The notes below the pieces were generated by a model. That model was not told the origin of the DNA. It did not search any database and saw nothing but the letters and a program-made list of their open reading frames with translations. Below, in pieces: positions 9,122 to 18,006 of a stretch of DNA of 64,000 nt. A program made the translations under genes and the position numbers. This DNA is from Parcubacteria group bacterium (lineage in GTDB: Bacteria > Patescibacteriota > Patescibacteriia > UBA2169), in NCBI GenBank assembly GCA_016181765.1, contig JACOYR010000006.1, forward strand, positions 31,664 through 95,663. Reading direction: 5' to 3'. Positions within the stretch are counted from its first letter, which is position 1. Each line of letters opens with the position of its first letter.

Positions 9122-9856
9122 ATGAAACAAAAAATGCTGTCAGCCATATTTATCCTGCTCTTCCCGCTCTTCGGCGTTGCGTACTACTACAAGCTGCTGG
9201 GAGAAAGCACGGACATTGATAAGACGTTCCTGACCCTCTCAACATTCCTATTCGCGCTCTTTACCGGATTTTTTATTTCACGCCAAGCCAGCCGGTATGG
9301 TGAGATACGCAGGCTGACCGCTGATTTTGACGGCAACATGTCCGGCATCTACCGCTTGTTCCAGCATCTGGGAAAAGACGCGCAACACGCGTCCGGAGGC
9401 ATCATCAAAGAGTACTACAAAAAAATAACCAAAAACGGCTGGGACTACTCATTCACCCATAAAACAACCACCATCACCGACCTGCATGCTCTGCTTGAAA
9501 AAACCACCGACAAAAACACGGGCGGCAGCATGGCAAGCATGGCCGCATCCCGGATTATAGTAGGCCTGCAGGAACAGCAAAAAACGAGAAAAAATCTGGT
9601 TACCCTGCGCGAAGAAAGGATTCCGGGATTCCAATGGATGCTCATCTGCATCCTTACCGCAATTCTCGTGCTCACGGTTTCCGCGATCCCGTCAGCGGCG
9701 ATTGTGCTCGGCTCCGCCGTAAAGGCCGCGTTCATCGTATCCATCCTGGTGGTGGTGGCCCTGCTGAAACAACTAGACAATCTTACGCTGTTTACGGGCG
9801 CTATCGGCGAACACTCGGCGCGGGATGTGGTTGAAATTATTGAGGGGAAAAAATAA
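9122..9856 (+). CDS. hypothetical membrane protein (DUF4239-like topology)
   Basis: Two N-terminal and two C-terminal hydrophobic helices flanking a soluble middle. Confidence 0.45.
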   Translation: MKQKMLSAIFILLFPLFGVAYYYKLLGESTDIDKTFLTLSTFLFALFTGFFISRQASRYGEIRRLTADFDGNMSGIYRLFQHLGKDAQHASGGIIKEYYKKITKNGWDYSFTHKTTTITDLHALLEKTTDKNTGGSMASMAASRIIVGLQEQQKTRKNLVTLREERIPGFQWMLICILTAILVLTVSAIPSAAIVLGSAVKAAFIVSILVVVALLKQLDNLTLFTGAIGEHSARDVVEIIEGKK

Positions 9857-9866
9857 TCGCAGTCTT

Positions 9867-10619
9867 ATGCTCGCCTACGCAATCATCGCAACACTCGCCG
9901 TAAGCCTCATCTCGCTCACCGGCATCCTGCTCCTCGCAAAGGAGGCGCACGCAAAAACATGGATCAAGAGGCTCATCGGGCTTGCCATCGGAACCCTGCT
10001 CGGAGCCGTGTTTTTTGACCTCCTGCCCGAAGCCATGGAATCGTTTGATGAGCCGCACACCGCATCTCTGATTATTCTTGCGGCAATCGTGGGGTTCTTT
10101 GCCATAGAAAAAGCAATCCACTACCACCACTGCATGTGCGATGACGAGGAAAAAGGGCACCGCAAGACCCACCTCATCATAAACAACCTCATCGGCGACG
10201 GACTGCACAATTTTGTTGACGGCACTATTATCGCGAGCGCGTTCCTGGTGGATGTACGGCTCGGCATCAGCGCCACGATCGCGGTTGCCTTGCATGAAAT
10301 TCCGCAGGAAGTTGCCGACTTCTCCATTCTGGTGTATGCCGGAATGTCGCGGCTCAAAGCAGTGCTCTACAATCTGCTCTTCGGCCTGACGAGCGTGCTC
10401 GGCGCAATCCTGGTGTTCGTCTTTTCCGACTCCGTTGAGAGCCTGGTGCCCATACTCCTTGCGGTTGCAACCGGAAACTTCCTGTACCTTGCCATGGCAG
10501 ATCTGGTTCCTGAACTGCACCACGAGCAGAACCCCCGTAAAGTCTGGATGCAGCTGGTGTGGGTTGGTTTGGGAATTCTGATCTTGTATGCCATCGGCCA
10601 AGTGGCGGGGAACGAGTAA
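9867..10619 (+). CDS. zupT: ZIP family zinc transporter (ZupT-like)
   Basis: HNFVDG and HEIPQE metal-binding motifs; 8 predicted TM segments. Confidence 0.8.
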   Translation: MLAYAIIATLAVSLISLTGILLLAKEAHAKTWIKRLIGLAIGTLLGAVFFDLLPEAMESFDEPHTASLIILAAIVGFFAIEKAIHYHHCMCDDEEKGHRKTHLIINNLIGDGLHNFVDGTIIASAFLVDVRLGISATIAVALHEIPQEVADFSILVYAGMSRLKAVLYNLLFGLTSVLGAILVFVFSDSVESLVPILLAVATGNFLYLAMADLVPELHHEQNPRKVWMQLVWVGLGILILYAIGQVAGNE

Positions 10620-10624
10620 AAAGG

Positions 10625-10632
10625 TGTATACT
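10625..10632 (+). promoter_or_regulatory. extended -10 like box TGTATACT 6 nt upstream of start codon (leaderless-type promoter)
   Basis: tgtatact then ATG at 10639; same TGnTATACT arrangement recurs at 12305, 20201, 24777, 34563, 41497, 53877. Confidence 0.4.
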
Positions 10633-10638
10633 GAATGC

Positions 10639-11714
10639 ATGCGCAAAAATATAGCACTGCTCACCTTGTCCATACTCGCGGCAGCCACGCTCGCGGCTGA
10701 TGCTGCGGCCGCGCAGGAAACCGTACCCGGATACGAAGACAAAATCTTCAAAGCCCGGGTGATTGAAATTCTTGACGAACAGACAATCACCGATGAGTAC
10801 ACGGGCACGAACGCAATGCAGCAGAACCTCCGCGTGAGAGGCCTTGAGGGCGAGTGGAAAGATGCGGAGTACGAGACTGAAGGCATCTCGGACGTGATTA
10901 TCTCCGAGAGCAAGACGCACGACGTTGGAGAAACCGTGTACGTCAACCAGAGCATACGGCCGAACCAGGAAGATCGGTTCTTTGTGATGGACCACGTGCG
11001 CACCAAGTCCTTGTGGTGGATGGCCGCGCTCTTTGCGGGAGCAGTGCTGGTTGTCGCGCGATGGAAGGGCCTGCGCGCGCTCGTGGTGCTCGCAGCCACG
11101 TTCGCCATTATCATCAAACTTATTATTCCCCAGATTATTGCGGGCCAAAGCCCGCTTGCGGTAAGCATCTTCGGATCAATCAGCATCCTCTTTCTCGCCA
11201 TCTTCGTCACCGAGGGCATCAGCAAAAAAAGCTGGGTCGCGTTCGGAGCTATTTTGATCGCGCTGCTCGCGGTCATCGGCCTCTCGGAGTGGTTTACCGC
11301 TCTTGCCAAACTCTCCGGCGTTGCGACCGAAGAGGCAATGTACCTCATGAGCGTCGGGGAGTACGCGTTCAACCTGCGCGGGCTTTTGCTTGCGGGCATG
11401 GTCATTGGAGCCCTGGGTGTTCTGGATGACACGGTGGTGAGCCAGGTCTCGCTCGTCAAGGAACTCGTCAAAGCAAAGCCGGACATGCGGCGCGCGGCTG
11501 TGTTTAAGACAGCCATGCGGGTGGGCACGGACCATATCAACGCCATCATCAATACCCTGTTCCTCGCGTACGCGGGCGTCTCGCTCCCGCTCCTGGTGCT
11601 CTTCGTGATTTACGACCAATGCGCACGCTCGCCGGCTCAATCGCGCTCGTGCTCTCCGTGCCCATTGCCACAGTACTCGCGGTTGCCGCGTTCTGCCGCG
11701 GCCGAGCATCTTAA
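10639..11714 (+). CDS. YibE/F family membrane protein, interrupted by -1 frameshift at about 11617
   Basis: MRKNIALLTLSILAAATLAADAAAAQE signal peptide then YibE/F-like TM region; after ...LFVIYDQ the family-consistent C-terminus (MRTLAGSIALVLSVPIATVLAVAAF) continues in another frame; gaccaatgcg would be restored by one extra A. Confidence 0.55.
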
Positions 11715-11734
11715 AAGTAGTGTAGAGCGAACCC

Positions 11735-12270
11735 ATGAACACGCGATCCATCGGAATCAAGTACTACCTGCTCAAGGAGATCAACCCCCTCATCCGGCTC
11801 ATCATTGTGTCGGACATTTTGATCGTTGGCGGCACGGCCATGCTCGCCCCGATTTTCGCGCTCTTCATTGAGGGGTACATCCGCGGGGGCAACGAGCAGG
11901 TGGCTGGCGTTGCAGTGGCCCTCTTCCTCATCACCAAGAGCCTGTTCCAGATCCCGGTTGCAACCATGATTGACCGCATCCGGGGGGAAAAAGACGATTT
12001 TGTGATCCTGGTGCTGTTCTCTCTGTTAATGTCCTTGACCCCGCTTCTGTACCTCGCGATCAGCGAACCCTGGCACCTCTACGTGGTGCAGGTGGTGCTC
12101 GGATTCTTTACGGCCATGACCTTCCCCTCGTTCATGGCAATCTTTACGCGGCACATTGACCGCGCCGTACACCATTGGATTCCACGCGCTCATCGTGGCT
12201 GTGGTGTCCATCTCAACGGTGGGCTCGCTCATGCTCGTCTCCATAAAGCCCTACCTGCAAAAGCGCTAAG
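11735..12270 (+). pseudogene. MFS transporter remnant (C-terminal half only, frameshift/deletion near 12160)
   Basis: Only about 6 TM helices with LFQIPVATMIDRIRGEKD loop motif; ORF breaks after TRHIDR and family-like end ...TIGFHALIVAVVSISTVGSLMLVSIKPYLQKR is in another frame. Confidence 0.5.
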
Positions 12271-12304
12271 CGCATCCGCGCAATTCACTACATCACGCCA
12301 TGTG

Positions 12305-12313
12305 TGGTATACT
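12305..12313 (+). promoter_or_regulatory. TGGTATACT box 10 nt upstream of ATG 12324
   Basis: seen in sequence; member of recurrent pattern. Confidence 0.35.
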
Positions 12314-12323
12314 ATATGGTACC

Positions 12324-13802
12324 ATGGCAATTTTTGACGCGGTGCTAACGTTTGTCCTTGATGTGTACCGAGAGCTCCAGCTCGCGGGCGACCCTTTTTA
12401 CGCTGCTCTGATTCTTGTAGTGAACGGGCTCTGGATTCCGATTGTGTTCATCATGTTCGCGAACGCGAAAATCGCGTGGCAGGAATGGCGAATGGGCGTA
12501 TACCACGATGCCAGGCGGCGCTTCATCCTGCTCGCCATTGACGTGCCCCGCCTGAACGAGCAATCCCCCAAAGCCGTGGAAAACATATTCACGCAGCTGC
12601 ACGGCGCGCTCCCGGGCCACAACACCAAGTACCAAGAGTGGTGGCTCGGAAAAACTCCGGATTACTTCAGCGTTGAGCTGGTGTCCATTGAGGGCTATGT
12701 CCAGTTTTTGGTGTACACGCAGGAAGAGTACCGCGACATGGTGGAGAGCGCGTTCTACTCCCAGTACCCGGACGCCGAAATCACGCAGGTGGAAGACTAC
12801 GTGTACGGCCAAAACGGGGAGTTCCGAAACATTGTCTTCCCGAGCAAGGAGTACGATCTGCTCGGCTGTGAATTCGTGTCTACCCGGCCAAGTGTGTACC
12901 CTATCCGCTTGCACATAGACTTTGAACATTCACTCTCCCAGGAATTCAAAGACCCCATGGCCGCACTGCTTGAGAGCATGAACAAGATCGGCCCCGGGGA
13001 GCAATTCTGGTTCCAGTGGGTCATTACCCCGGAGTACGACGAAAACTGGCAGGTCGCATCAAACCGGGAGGCTATGAAAATCGCCGGAAAAAAAATAGAG
13101 GCTTCGGAAAATGTGGTTGATAAAGCAGTGGGCGCCCTCGTCAGCCTCATTGACGCAATCGGCACTGCGGCGTTCCCGTTCTACAACCAGAGCGAGGAAT
13201 CGCGAGAGCTGGATCGGGAACTGCCGAGCTTAATGCTCCACCTGACCCCGGCCGAGCAGCGCCGGATTGAAGCAATCCAGATGAAAGCGGACAAGCACGG
13301 CTTCTGGACAAAATTCAGGTACATCTACATCGCAAAAAAGGGCATTGCCTCCAAGGCGCGGGGTTTGGCGCCTATTACCGGCGCCATGAAGCAATTCAGC
13401 GCGCTCAATCTGAACACGCTCAAGCCGCACAGGTATACCAAAACATGGGGGTTATATTATATGATGGTGGAAAAGCGCGTGGCGCGCCGACAGAACAACC
13501 TCATCCGCGCGTACCAGGAGCGGGCCCGCAGCGCCGGCTCAAACGGCATTGTGCTGAACACCGAGGAGCTGGCAACGCTTTACCACTTCCCGACCGAGGT
13601 GGTAAAGGCTCCGCTCGTTTCCCGCACCCTGTCCAAGCGCGGGTCAGCTCCTGTCTCCTTGCCCGTGGAAGGGGGGCCCCGGACATTGCGCACGTCCCTG
13701 GACGCACAGCCCGCGCAAGGCGCGCATTCCCGCCCCGCCACAGTCCAGGAGGCGCCAGCATCGCACCACGGGCAAGCCCCGAGCAACCTGCCGTTTGTAT
13801 AA
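12324..13802 (+). CDS. hypothetical membrane-anchored protein (2-3 N-terminal TM helices plus about 400-aa soluble domain)
   Basis: Long ORF with consistent codon usage; no recognisable catalytic motif, no Walker A. Confidence 0.5.
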   Translation: MAIFDAVLTFVLDVYRELQLAGDPFYAALILVVNGLWIPIVFIMFANAKIAWQEWRMGVYHDARRRFILLAIDVPRLNEQSPKAVENIFTQLHGALPGHNTKYQEWWLGKTPDYFSVELVSIEGYVQFLVYTQEEYRDMVESAFYSQYPDAEITQVEDYVYGQNGEFRNIVFPSKEYDLLGCEFVSTRPSVYPIRLHIDFEHSLSQEFKDPMAALLESMNKIGPGEQFWFQWVITPEYDENWQVASNREAMKIAGKKIEASENVVDKAVGALVSLIDAIGTAAFPFYNQSEESRELDRELPSLMLHLTPAEQRRIEAIQMKADKHGFWTKFRYIYIAKKGIASKARGLAPITGAMKQFSALNLNTLKPHRYTKTWGLYYMMVEKRVARRQNNLIRAYQERARSAGSNGIVLNTEELATLYHFPTEVVKAPLVSRTLSKRGSAPVSLPVEGGPRTLRTSLDAQPAQGAHSRPATVQEAPASHHGQAPSNLPFV

Positions 13803-13848
13803 ACAAAAAACATACGCTCCCCCTGCTGGGGAGCGTATGTTGGTATAC
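13803..13848. terminator. rho-independent terminator
   Basis: catacgctcccc-ctgc-tggggagcgtatg followed by ttggtatactcttctcttttt. Confidence 0.5.
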
Positions 13849-14211
13849 TCTTCTCTTTTTCTATGACGTATTATTTCGTAATAACATAGCATAAGGTCTA
13901 CGTGCTTGATGAGAGCAAGACTGCCTCGCATCTTTCTCCAGAGGCAGTCTTGTTTGTTTTCCGTTGGTTTTTGAAAGAACACAATTCTGTCCCGGCGCAG
14001 ATGCCGCCGGGCATTATAATCATCCTATTTGTTTTGATTTTTGGCCATAATTGGCGCGTAGATGATTGGCGTTTGCTACCTATGCTCATCTCTAGAATAT
14101 GAGCATACGAAAAGGCACTTCACGGGTTGCGAAGTGCCTGGTAGGAAACATACCTAAAGGAAGTATAGCACACCTTTAGACAAAAGTCAAGAATTTAGGT
14201 ATGGTGTAGCC

Positions 14212-15630
14212 ATGCTGACTGAACAGCGCATCGCAAAAAACACCCTGTACCTGGCCACAGGAAAGGTGCTCTCAACCGGCCTCGGCGTATTGACCGTGGC
14301 ATTGCTCTTGCGGTATCTGTCGGTTGATGACTACGGCAGGTACACCACAGTGCTTGCATTTATCCTGCTCTTCGGCACGTTTGTTGATTTTGGGCTGAAC
14401 CTTACCACCACCCAGGACATCTCACTGCCCGGCACTGATGTTGAGAGGACCATTTCCGCGATATTCACCTTGCGCCTCTTGGTGAACATTGTTTTGGCGC
14501 TCTTGCTGCCGGTTATTCTGCTTGCGTTCCCGTATGAACAAACCGTCAAGAACGCGATTTTGATTTCATCGGTGCTGTTTTTTACGTCTTCCTTGTTCCA
14601 GGTGCTTGCGAGTTATTTCCAGAAAGAACTGCAGGCAGGTAAAGTCGCGTTCGCGGAACTTGTGGGGCGGGTTGCGCTGCTTATGACAACTATGACAGCG
14701 ATTTACTTTGGGTTCTCATTTATTGAAATCATGCTCACCATTGTTGCCAGCTCTTTAACCCAATTCTGGGTGTTGGTGCGGTTTACGGCCCGCGCCATCA
14801 AACTGGAACTGGTTGTTGACCGAGCTATCTGGGCGCGCATCATATCAAAAACCTGGCCAATCGCTTTGTCTGTGATTTTCACGACCATTTACTTTAAGGG
14901 TGATGCTATCATCCTCTCGTTGACCAGGCCGTACCAGGATGTGGGCATCTACGGGGCAGCGTACAAAATCCTGGAAGTGCTGATAACCGTTCCCATCCTG
15001 TTCATGGGCTTGGTATTACCCCTGCTCTCGCGGCAGTTCAGCCAGAATGATACAAAAGGATTCAACAGCACCATCCAAAAGGCATGGGACGCGCTGGTGT
15101 TAGTGACCGTCCCCCTGGTGGTGGGAACCCTTATCCTTGCTGAACCCATAATGACACTCATCGCGGGCAGCGGATACGAGCCTTCAGCCGGCGTTCTTCG
15201 CATCCTTATTGTGGCTGCGGGGTTCATCTTTTTGGGCAGCCTGTTTGCTCACGCCGTGGTTGCCATTGGAAAACAGAAGCAGATGATTAAGTACTACGCG
15301 CTCGCGGCCGCTCTGGCTGTGATCTTGTACATCATCTACATTCCGGCCTACACCTACTATGCCGCGGCAGGCGTAACCGTGCTCTCGGAGTTTTTGATTG
15401 CCCTGGCAGCAGGAATCATGGTGTGGCGCGCATCCTGGTTCAAGCTTTCTCTAAGAGGATTGTTAGCATCACTCGGTGCGAGTACTGTGATGGGAGCAGT
15501 CCTGTACGCGCTCGCGGGCCAGAATGTGCTGGCGGCACTGCTCGCGGGTACTGCCGTGTACGGCCTTGGGGTGTGGGTAATGCGGTCGCAATTCTCATTT
15601 GTCGGGTATGAGCATGCGGACCATCGGTAA
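14212..15630 (+). CDS. polysaccharide/oligosaccharide flippase (Wzx-like, MOP superfamily)
   Basis: 472 aa, about 12-14 TM helices; N-terminal LYLATGKVLSTGLGVLTVALLLRYLSVDDYGRYTTV typical of polysaccharide biosynthesis (PST) proteins. Confidence 0.75.
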   Translation: MLTEQRIAKNTLYLATGKVLSTGLGVLTVALLLRYLSVDDYGRYTTVLAFILLFGTFVDFGLNLTTTQDISLPGTDVERTISAIFTLRLLVNIVLALLLPVILLAFPYEQTVKNAILISSVLFFTSSLFQVLASYFQKELQAGKVAFAELVGRVALLMTTMTAIYFGFSFIEIMLTIVASSLTQFWVLVRFTARAIKLELVVDRAIWARIISKTWPIALSVIFTTIYFKGDAIILSLTRPYQDVGIYGAAYKILEVLITVPILFMGLVLPLLSRQFSQNDTKGFNSTIQKAWDALVLVTVPLVVGTLILAEPIMTLIAGSGYEPSAGVLRILIVAAGFIFLGSLFAHAVVAIGKQKQMIKYYALAAALAVILYIIYIPAYTYYAAAGVTVLSEFLIALAAGIMVWRASWFKLSLRGLLASLGASTVMGAVLYALAGQNVLAALLAGTAVYGLGVWVMRSQFSFVGYEHADHR

Positions 15631-16570
15631 AACGCGCGACCCGTGGGCGCAGGCCGTACAGGCGAGTATTCCGGGCGCGGCCAAAACAAAAACGGTCCTG
15701 CTTGTCGGAAGCGCGGCGCAAATTTTTGCTACGCTGTTTTTCTGGATTGCCGGTTACCGGATTCTCTGGCTGGGGAGCCACAACGCACCTGCCGGCATAA
15801 AGGGTATTAAACCCTGTGTTAGCTCCTCGGCTCGGAAATGGAAAAGATTACTTTTCCATTTCACTCGCCCTACGTCGCTAATAACAAAACAGCTCATGCG
15901 CATTACAAGCCACGCAGCGCATGCAATCCTCGCCCCGAACCAGGCAATTGAAGCCCAGTATCTGAAAGCCGGGATTTCTGACAAAAAACTCTCACTCATC
16001 TATCCCCCGTGCGAAACTGAAACGCTTGATGCGCACAAGGACGGTAACGCATTTACCATTGTTTGCGACGGCGAAACCGGCATAGAGTATGGTTTGGGCA
16101 TGATTATGCGCGCTGTCCGGGACGCCCAAGACATCCTCGGAAATATACGGCTCGTCATCGGCGGCACCATCACTGACCGCGGCCGCATTGAGTGGCTTGC
16201 CAAGGAACTTGGGCTCTCGGACTCGCTCAAGCTCGTGCCCGCGCGGGGGTATGATTGGATTGCGCAGGGTGACGTATTTTTGTTCATGCGGAATGGCAGT
16301 GGCCAGATTCCGCTTTCCTTGGCGCACGCCCTGGCATATGGCAAGCCCATCATCACTAATGACGCGCTCAATCACCGCGAATTTGTGGTTCACCGCAAAA
16401 ACGGCATCCTGCTTAAGGATGCTAATAGCGATATGCTCTCCCAGGCCCTCATCAACTTTGGCCGCAAGCCGGAATGGTTGGCTGAATTGGGGCGCGAATC
16501 CGCGCAATTCGCTGCGGAGCGGTTTAGTCCGGATGCCGTGCGGAAAAAAATTGAGGCGCTGATCCCGTAG
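15599..16570 (+). CDS. GT4-family glycosyltransferase, N-domain largely deleted; hairpin repeat R1 lies in-frame inside the ORF
   Basis: C-terminal half has GT4 patterns (AILAPNQAIEAQYLKAGISDKKLSLIYPP...; E-x7-E region ...GKPIITNDALNHREFVVHRKNGILL); only about 75 aa precede R1 instead of the ~170-aa N-domain; ATG at 15896 right after R1. Confidence 0.55.
   Translation: MSGMSMRTIGKTRDPWAQAVQASIPGAAKTKTVLLVGSAAQIFATLFFWIAGYRILWLGSHNAPAGIKGIKPCVSSSARKWKRLLFHFTRPTSLITKQLMRITSHAAHAILAPNQAIEAQYLKAGISDKKLSLIYPPCETETLDAHKDGNAFTIVCDGETGIEYGLGMIMRAVRDAQDILGNIRLVIGGTITDRGRIEWLAKELGLSDSLKLVPARGYDWIAQGDVFLFMRNGSGQIPLSLAHALAYGKPIITNDALNHREFVVHRKNGILLKDANSDMLSQALINFGRKPEWLAELGRESAQFAAERFSPDAVRKKIEALIP
15821..15890. 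repeat. hairpin repeat R1 (agctcctcggctcgg + 12-bp stem-loop + cactcgccctacgtcgctaataacaaaaca)
   Basis: Second copy at 25737-25804 with 3 compensatory base changes keeping a perfect 12-bp stem (gaaatggaaaag/cttttccatttc vs gatatgaaaaag/ctttttcatatc). Confidence 0.7.
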
Positions 16571-16603
16571 GACCAGCGCCTGTTCTCCAAACGACAGTGC
16601 CGC

Positions 16604-17983
16604 TTACTCCGCGGCCACACCGAGCCGAGCGAGCGCCCGGTGCCCGATGTCGGGCCGATGATACTCGCCTGCAAACGAAACGCGGGCTACTCCCTCGTAC
16701 GCGCGCTGGACTGCGGAGGGAATGGAATCAGCCAGAGCCGTGATGCCGAGCACCCGGCCGCCATCCGTTACCCACGTCTCATCGCGTAAAGACGTGCCCG
16801 CGTGGAACGCCATGAGGTCGCCCCACGTGCCAAACTCCCCCAAACCGGAGATGGGCTTGCCTTTCTGGTACGCGCCCGGATACCCGCCGGATGCCATGAC
16901 CACGCACGCGGCCGCACGATCCAGATCCAGCTCAAGGGGACCAAACTCACACAGCCAGCCGCGTGCCGCTGCCAGGCACAGCCCCGCGAGATCAGACTCA
17001 AGCAGCGGGAGCACTACCTGGGCCTCGGGGTCTCCGAACCGGCAGTTGAACTCAACCACCTTGGGCCCGTCTTGCGTAATCATGAGCCCGACATACAGCA
17101 CCCCGCGGTACGGCGTGCCGCGCCGCCGCATTTCCGCCAGCACCGGATGAATGATCAGCTCCCCGACCTCGGCAACCAAGGCCGGAGTCATCACTGGAGC
17201 TGGCGCATATGCACCCATGCCCCCGGTGTTCAGGCCAGTATCGCCCTCGCCGACTGCCTTGTGGTCCTGTGCCGGTATGAGGGTCGCAAACTCCTCCCCG
17301 TCGCAGATGGCGAACAAGGATGCTTCCTCGCCGGACATGAACTTCTCCACGACGATTGAATGAACCGCCTCACCGCCGTGGACGCGCTCAAGCAGCAGTT
17401 TGGTGATGGCGTGCTCAAGCGCCTCATCGGTGGCCGCGGGAAAAACGCCTTTTCCGCCAGTCAAACCAGATGGCTTTACCACGGCCACCAAACCCGCGTC
17501 CCAGAACCGACGCACAACCCGGCGGACAGCTGCCGGGTTGGGATTCTCGACGAGCTCGTACGGAGCAGTGGGAACGCCAATCTCACGCATGAGGCCTTTG
17601 GCAAACCCCTTGTCAGTCTCAAGCCTGGCCGCAGCCATGGTGGGACCAAACACCAGAAGCCCGACCGCCTGGAACGAATCCACAATACCTGCGGCCAACG
17701 GATCTTCGGGCCCCACGATGACGAGGTCAATCTCCTGCCGAAGCGCCCAGTCCCGCAACTTGCCGATCTCAACCCAAAGTTCCGTGAGCCGGGAGAACGG
17801 GATGTCTAGCCTGAACTGCGGCAGCACTCTCGCCACTTGAGAAATGCCATCACTGCCCGGCGCGCAGTAGAGGTCGCACTCCGGGCGCTGCTTTTGAATC
17901 AGCCAGCAGATGGCGTGCTCTCGGGCGCCCTTGCCAATAACGAGAATCCTCAAAACCCTCTTGAGAGCCCCGCGAATGCTCAT
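16604..17983 (-). CDS. purD: phosphoribosylamine--glycine ligase
   Basis: RILVIGKGAREHAICWLI N-terminus, ATP-grasp core; ggagg SD before ATG at 17983 (ORF-track start 17995 is a TTG). Confidence 0.85.
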   Translation of the reverse strand: MSIRGALKRVLRILVIGKGAREHAICWLIQKQRPECDLYCAPGSDGISQVARVLPQFRLDIPFSRLTELWVEIGKLRDWALRQEIDLVIVGPEDPLAAGIVDSFQAVGLLVFGPTMAAARLETDKGFAKGLMREIGVPTAPYELVENPNPAAVRRVVRRFWDAGLVAVVKPSGLTGGKGVFPAATDEALEHAITKLLLERVHGGEAVHSIVVEKFMSGEEASLFAICDGEEFATLIPAQDHKAVGEGDTGLNTGGMGAYAPAPVMTPALVAEVGELIIHPVLAEMRRRGTPYRGVLYVGLMITQDGPKVVEFNCRFGDPEAQVVLPLLESDLAGLCLAAARGWLCEFGPLELDLDRAAACVVMASGGYPGAYQKGKPISGLGEFGTWGDLMAFHAGTSLRDETWVTDGGRVLGITALADSIPSAVQRAYEGVARVSFAGEYHRPDIGHRALARLGVAAE

Positions 17984-18006
17984 GTCGTCCTCCAAGAGAT
18001 GATGAG

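Noticed and set aside
9837-11552. 571-aa ORF on minus strand (and similar long antisense ORFs at 626-1180, 4353-5288, 37306-38586, 38579-39748, 40246-40848, 57229-57861, 57861-58508)
   Set aside because: They lie antisense to well-supported genes (zupT, yibE/F, D-Ala carboxypeptidase, ymdB, ftsH, rpsA, nusA), have low-complexity Arg/Ala/Pro-rich composition typical of stop-poor frames in 60% GC DNA, and have no start signals
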